DNA of 64,000 bases, from the NCBI GenBank assembly GCA_028534125.1, contig CM052816.1, positions 5,582,001-5,646,000 of the forward strand. Direction: 5' to 3'. A model generated the notes under the pieces. It did not search any database, had not been told where the DNA came from, and saw nothing but the letters and a program-made list of their open reading frames with translations. Source of the DNA: Lama glama (lineage: Eukaryota). Below are positions 57,501 to 64,000 of the stretch, one piece after another (position 1 is the stretch's first letter; every line of letters begins with the position of its first letter). The translations under genes and the position numbers were made by a program.

Positions 57501-58501
57501 GACTTACTCCTGGGGGTTAGTGGCACTGCTGGCACAAGAATCCAGGCCATCCTGTAGTTCTGGGTCTTCTCTTACTCTTGCCCCTCTGCCGCTGTGAATG
57601 CGGGCCTGGGCAGCGGGCAGTCCCCGCCCTCGCCCACTCCAGGCACAGGATGCTTGGCGGGTGTTGTGTTTGGAGGTGGCCTGGGGTGGCCGGGAACGTG
57701 GCATTGTGGGGCAGGGACCTCATGAGTCCAGTCACTATGTGTGTGTCCCCATCTCCTAGCGTGGGCTGGCATACAGTCAGTGCTCCATTAATATTTATGG
57801 GGGAATAGACGCTCCCCCTCTTTGACTGTCTTCTCAGGCCCTCTTGGCTGGCCACACAGCCCGCGGGTGTTCCTCCTCTGCGGGGTCCTTCCGCCCCAAT
57901 GAGGAAGTGAGGGGCGTGCACTTGGCTTCTTAGCACAGACTGTCTCCTTGTTCAACTTTCCAGATTGATCTTTTCTCCGTCCTGCCTCCGCTCCAGATGG
58001 AAAGACCCTAGGGGCAAATCTCTTATGTTCCTGTGTGCATGCCCCACAGTGCCTAGCACGAGGGACTATAAAATAAGCTCTATGCAAAAGCAACTGTCTC
58101 TGTTTTATCCAGGCCTGCATGTTCATTGTTGCCAAAGAGAAAAAAAGCCAAAGGAAGAAAATGAAAATCAGCCCCGTGATTATAGGGTTCTTCTCTTCAG
58201 TGATATTTTAGTGGAATGGAGTATTTCTCTTTCTCCTTTTGTTATGCAAGAAATATGTATTTATTGTACAAAATGTAAAAACAAAACAAAACAAAAAAAC
58301 CCCAGATAAGCAAAAACATTTAAAGTCACTGGGATCATCACTTCATAAGCCTGTCAACAATTCTATAACCATCATCAGGGCAGCAGCCACCTGTGTAGGT
58401 TGAGAGCCTGCTGTGTGCTAACCACTTCATGTGAGTCTTTAAGAACTTTATTGACGTATGATTTATATATCATAAAACCTACCCACATAAATTAAATAGC
58501 C

Positions 58502-58636
58502 ATTTTATTTATTTATTATTTTTTTGGGGTAATTAGTTTTACTTATTTAATTCTTTAGAGGAGATACTGGAGATAGAACCCAGGACCCTGTGTATGCTGA
58601 GCATGCGCTCTACCACTTGAGCTATACCCTCCCCAC
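58502..58636 (-). mobile_element. tRNA-derived SINE (vic-1-like)
   Basis: GAACCCAGGACCCTGTGTATGCTGAGCATGCGCTCTACCACTTGAGCTATACCCTCCCC is the reverse complement of the SINE head. Confidence 0.85.
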
Positions 58637-59079
58637 CAATAAGTCCTTTTTATGCAGAGAGTTTTAGTAAATTTCCCAAGTTGTGCCACCATCAGCACAG
58701 TCCAGTTTTAGAGTACTTCTGTGGCCCCAGTAAAATCCCTCAGGCCCATTTCCAGTTAATCCCCATTCCTGGCCCTCAGCCCCAGGCAGCCACTCATCTA
58801 TTTGCTGTTTCCACAGTTTTGCCTTTCTGGACAGTTTATATAATTGGAACAGCGTGCTAGGTGGCCTTTTGTGTCTAAACCGGACACTGACTATGTTAGA
58901 TGCAGTTTCTCATTGACGGATAAGGAGACTGAGCCCTCGTGAGGGTCAGTAACTTGCTGGAAGCAGCTGCGGGAGGAGAGGGTGGAGGAGCCAGGACTCA
59001 GAGGTCTGTCTGGCCCACCGTCCTCCACCCTGTCATTGTCACATGGCTGTTCACGTCCTTGCTTCTCCAACTACATGTT

Positions 59080-59102
59080 TATATATATATATATATATAT
59101 AT
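59080..59102. repeat. (TA)n microsatellite
   Basis: About 11 TA units. Confidence 0.9.
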
Positions 59103-59157
59103 AATTTCCCCCCCAAAGGGACTCTTCTTTATATATTCTTTTACCACTTCCTCTTTT

Positions 59158-59386
59158 CTTTAATTTAATTTTTTATTGCAGCTGATTTACATTGTTAGTT
59201 TCAGGTGTACAGCAAAGAGATTCATTTATACAGATACATACATATATATACATGTATTTTCAGATTCTTTTCCGTTAGAGCTTATTACAAGAAATTGAGT
59301 ATAGTTTCTTGTGCTATACAGTAAGGTCCTTGTTGTTTATCTATTTTGTATATCGTAGTATGTGTCTGTTAATCCCCAACTCCTAA
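59158..59386 (-). mobile_element. L1 3'-end fragment
   Basis: Same family as 40633-40889; TTACCACTT repeated at 59141 and 59387. Confidence 0.8.
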
Positions 59387-62300
59387 TTACCACTTTCTTT
59401 TTCACTTAATAATAGATTATGAGCATGTTTCCATGTGAACATGTACACACTTACAAGTGCTCCAGTAGATTCCTGGCCAGTACAGTGCAGCCTTAAGGCT
59501 TTGGAGCCTCCTCAGTATCAATTCTGCCCTTTTTTAGCCACGAGACTTTGGAAAAAGTACTCAACTGTTTTGTGCCTCTGTCTCCTCGTGTGTGAAAGGA
59601 GATGGTAGTGTCAGTTAACCTTATCCGGCTGAACAGCTAATACAGACAGATCACCGGCGCCGGGCACCACTCAATCCCCGCCAGCATGTTTGCTGCAGTC
59701 GTTGAACTAATGAACGAACGCCTGCTTTTGCACATTGATTTCAGCCTGAGAGCTGGCATCGGGAATGGGGCATCTCCTTACTCAACCTACCATCTGGAGA
59801 AGGTCAAGCTGTCGCTCTGCTGTCTCCCTCGCAGCTGGAATCTCGGCAGTATCTCTGTGGGTTAGTGGAGGAAGGGCTGTTGAGCTGGGAAGATGGGCAG
59901 TCTTATTCTCGCTGGAGGTCCCTTCCTGGGGAGTTGAGGAGCTGAGCTCCAGATCTGGGAGATGTGTGGGGGTCCCCTCCAGACCATGAGGGTAAAGGAC
60001 CCAGGGCTCATGGAGCGGAGAGGTGGGTCAGCTCCCTGCCCTGGGCCCTCTGGGGTCCAGGCAGTGCCTTCCTGAGGCTTTTGCCTGCGGGTACCCAGGA
60101 GCCAGAACATTGTTCCAGCACCATCCGTCAGCCTGCAATTAGTGAAATGGAGGCACACATGCTGGTTTGCAGATTGTGGGTGGGAGGACAGGATGTGGTG
60201 GGAAATGGCTCACCAGCTCGAGGGGCGGGGGTGGCATTTGTCTGTGTTCCCTGGTGATTTGGCAGCCATGCTGCTGGGCACTCACATGGGGCTGGCAGCC
60301 TTTGAAAAAGCTGGCAGGATCCTTTCCTGCTGTTGGGTCAGAGGTGGGGCCACCCAACCTTGGAGCAGGGAGGTCAGCAAGGCCACAGCCAGGACACCAG
60401 GCACATCCTGGGAGTGAGGTGTGAAGCTGAGGGCAGTGGTGAGAGGAGGTGAGGAACTGGGAGGTGGGCCAGGGTCCTGAAGCCCCGGAGGGAGTCAGAG
60501 GCTTCAGTGGGTGAAGCTCAACCCCAGGGACTCAGAGGAGGGTTGTACCAGTGGCAGCTCATGGAAGTTGATAGAAACGATCTAAAGAGTTCCCATGGAA
60601 ATCGAGGATTCAGACTTCTCTTGTAAAACTAGACATTCAGCAGCACAGCCTACATTTCTGCAGCTGACGGAGCTGCGTGCTGGCTCTCCAGTTTGGACAG
60701 AGTATCCACTCTCCAGTCTGACACCGTCCCCATGACTCCCTGTTATCATACAGCCCAGAAGCTCAGTGCCGTAGCCAGTCATCTACCTACACTGGGCAAG
60801 TTTCATCCTTTTGAGTTGGTGACCTTTGGCCTGGGGAGGCTGAGTTCAGGAGAACTTGGCTCCCTACTCTACGGGCAGCAGTGACTCCAAGCTGAGACCT
60901 GAAGACACAGCCTGTTCTATAAGGACTGCTCCAGGCAGAAGGTACAGCAAGTGCAAAGGCCCTGGGGAAGGGAAGGACTTCCGGTGACCTTGGAACTCCT
61001 GAAATGGAGTGCTCAAGACAGACTACATATTAGGAAGAGGAGAGAGAAACTTCTGGAACAAGTTAAAAAGCTTTCCCAGCTAGGATAAGATAGGGCCACC
61101 AAGAAGAGCCTCCTGTGGATGCAGACAAGAGGATGGAGCTGTCAGGAGCTGAATGGGGTGGGTGGCTAATGGGCTCTCAAGGTGTCTCTGCCCTGTAGCT
61201 GACCTGGTCCCCAGGGACTGGTGAAGATTGTAGGGCTCTGCCCATATCTGTTTCTGACCATCAGGGAAATTTCTGCCCTCCCTTCTCAAGGGGACTTTCA
61301 GCAAACTATCCCCACTCAGTGGAATCTGAGCTTCCCTCACCAGTTCTGGTTCCCTTGGCTAAGATCTGACATCAGAGCCAGAGAGCCAGAGCTGGGCTGC
61401 CCCCAGCCATCTTCCCATGGTGGTGCCCTCAGGGTATGGGAGAATGGGGAGAGGAGGAAGGACAAACAGTTCCTGCAAACCTTTCTCCGCCTCTCTCTTC
61501 TTGCACCTCTTTCTCTCCCTATCAGTAGCTTCTCCTTTTCCCCTGTATGCAGATTGTTGCCCCAGTGGATTTAGAATTTAGAAGCAAAACCTCGAAGGGA
61601 GGTTGCCTTGCAACACCAATCTCCCCTGGGGCCAGTGAGCACAGCCTTGGCTTATGTGGGAGGGGAAAGAAAATCTAGTGAGAACAAAACACAGTAGTTC
61701 CTGTTCTCCCTCATTCTTCTGTGCAGTGACAACCAGCACCAGCTAATAGCTCAACTTATTATTGTACTGCCTGATTTCTAAGTGTCATTAAGAATTCTTT
61801 TACAGGGTAACCTTTATTGGCTGCAAGATGTCCCAATACATGGATATTTCCAGTTTCCCCAGTGCTTTCCTGTTACATGTAACTGGAATGAACATTCTTG
61901 TCCCAAAATGCAGGTGGATCTCTGATGTTTCCTTAGAATTCCTGGCAGTAGGTCAAAGAGCCTAGCTTAAAAATATTTTCTTTATTTTATTTTTATTGTA
62001 AGAACAGATAACAGGAGATCTATACTGTTAACAAATGTTTAATTGTAGGCATGGTATTGTTAACTGTAGGTACAGTGTTGTGCAGCAGATCTCTAGGACT
62101 TGCTCATCTTGCATAAATGGAACTTTATACTTGCTGGACGGGACCTCCCATGTCCTCCTCTCTTCAGCCCCTTATCTGGCTTGTTTTTAAAATTTTGGTC
62201 TTTTTTGTCCTCCAGACGGTTGTGCGAATTCCAGGTCAATCAATGACACACGAGAGTCCTAATTCCTTCTCATAGGTCAGAGAAGACTTTTGTCGAGCCC

Positions 62301-62490
62301 CAGGGGCTTGACTTTCTGGATGCAGGGTTTCTTTCTGTGAGTGTCCTGAAAGTGTCATGAAGCCCAGCAGTGAAATCCCTCTGGTCACATAGCACCTGGG
62401 GCTGTGGGCCTCCTTCCCTGGCTGGCTTCTGCCACAGTAGCACCTGGAGCTCACCTCGACCTGGGCTTAGTGATGGGGAACAGACATGTG

Positions 62491-63030
62491 TGTTGACCGA
62501 AAAAAATGCACAACCTAGAAGTTGAGAGTTATGCTTTATTCAGTGGACATTTCTGAGACTTAAGCCCGGCATGCTGCCACTCAGATCACTCTAATGCACT
62601 GCTCCAAAGAGGCAGGGGAGGAGCCAGGATATATAGGAATTTTGCAACAAAGACCAGGTAGTTGGAACATCAAAAGATTACTGTTAGTCAAAGAAAACCA
62701 GGTATCTCAAGTTAAGGAATTTAGCGCTTTTCTATGCATGGGAAGATGCAAGAGTCTGGGCTCATTGCAATCGTTTGATATGCACCTTTGCTTTCTAACG
62801 CCAGTATCCCATGCTTCCCATCCGTGCTTCTCATCCGAGTCCCCTCTAGGGGCACCGTTGGGTGTGGCTGCAGAGGCTGAGGACTTGGCAGTGGGCAGGC
62901 TACTTGTCTCCATCCTGAGTTCCCTCCGGCTTACCATGGCTGGGGGTGGGGGGGCGGGTAGTGGCTGGTGGCTGGTGGCTGCAGCATCCTTTGTTTACTG
63001 ATATGGCAGGCAATCATTTTCATTTACACA
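62491..63030 (-). mobile_element. ERV1-class solo LTR
   Basis: 540 bp with TGT...ACA termini and flanks TGTG/TGTT (4-bp TSD, one mismatch). Minus-strand AATAAA (TTTATT ~62535) and a TATA-like site (~62630) lie in the expected order. Confidence 0.75.
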
Positions 63031-63849
63031 TGTTAGGTCCTTAGGAAGTGGATGCTGCCGGCACAGCCCTGGGGTGGCCCCTGGTGAGGGGAGATGCTCT
63101 TGAAGGATGCACGTGTCTGCTTCCCAGCAGGGAAAAGTCAAGAGTTAGGCTGATGCCCTGGAGTTCTGATGGCCAGTTTGGGCTTGTTGGGGAGAGGGAG
63201 GCTCTCTGAATAACAGATGCTCATTCCTTCATTCTTAGAATTGAGTGCCTTTTTCCCTTCTAACATTTTTTTCTCTGCAGTGGCTTCCAGATGCCCATTT
63301 GCAAACTGGTATAGGTCTGTGATATGGTGTTTTCATTTGTCTGTGGCAAACTGAGAAAGGAAAAGAGGAACTCTGAGTGAATTTTTAATGAGACTAAGTT
63401 TATTTAATTCCAAGGACTGTCCTTTATTCTGAGGCAGTGACCTTCTTTTTGGTGTTAAAATGTTCTTTCTTTTATGAAATGATTATGAAAGTAAATGGCA
63501 TTTTCTTTCACTCTCTTCACTTAGCAATTTAAAAAGCTGGAAGTTCTGTGTGGAGGCTTTTCTGTGCATGCAACCCCTCCCCCGCACCCATTCCCAACTT
63601 CTGTGTTTGTGGGTAAGTTTAATCTCGTCAATAGAAACCCAAAAATGTAGGCTCCACTGGGTAAGCCCTTTCCAGGGTGAGCCTAGCCCACAGCTTTACT
63701 TCTCATATTGGCTTTTATCCAACAAACTCTTCATTCAGCAAATCTCAAGAGCCCACACTCTGGGCCAGGCCTCGTCCCAGGAGCTATGGTGGTGGATCTG
63801 GCTGGGGCAGGGACAGGTCACACTTGGCCAAGCTTCCCCAGGGCCTTTC

Positions 63850-64000
63850 AAGAGGTATCTATGTCAAATCTCTGGAACCTGTGAATGGACCTTATTTTGT
63901 AGACACTGATTAAGTTAAGGGTCTTGAGAGGAGGTGTTTATCCTGAACTGCCCCGTCAGTGCAATCACACAGATCCTTATGAGACAGAGGCAGAGGGAGT
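63850..64000 (+). mobile_element. MaLR LTR (MLT1-type) 5' part, running off the window
   Basis: GAATGGACCTTATTT...ATTAAGTTAAGGGTCTTGAGA...ATCCTTATGAGACAGAGGCAGAGGGAG. Confidence 0.7.

Overview
Mammalian genomic DNA, most likely a camelid (inferred from tRNA-derived SINEs resembling the camelid vic-1 family). The window holds one complete protein-coding gene, FAM114A2, on the + strand. It has a non-coding exon 1 in a CpG island at ~2.2-2.7 kb and 13 coding exons from 5721 to 34905. All 12 introns between coding exons are GT-AG with consistent phases, and the exons splice into a 1506-nt CDS (501 aa). A 3' UTR with several AATAAA signals runs to ~37.8 kb. The CpG island looks like a bidirectional promoter shared with a divergent minus-strand gene whose first exon ends at 2303 (MFAP3 by recalled synteny). 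Bases ~38-64 kb are GC-richer, repeat-rich intergenic DNA (MIR, L2, L1, Tigger/MER, an ERV1 solo LTR, MaLR). The ORF-track entries are exon fragments or chance ORFs. I found no new multi-gene system. The best second-look items are a duplicated module carrying CTCF sites with the upstream motif, a transposon end that appears to supply an exon branch point, a frameshifted C-terminus, a shifted exon-2 donor, a two-codon uORF, a perfect 27-bp homeobox palindrome and a twin-primed L1. Repeat family names come from memory of consensus sequences, and repeat boundaries are approximate.
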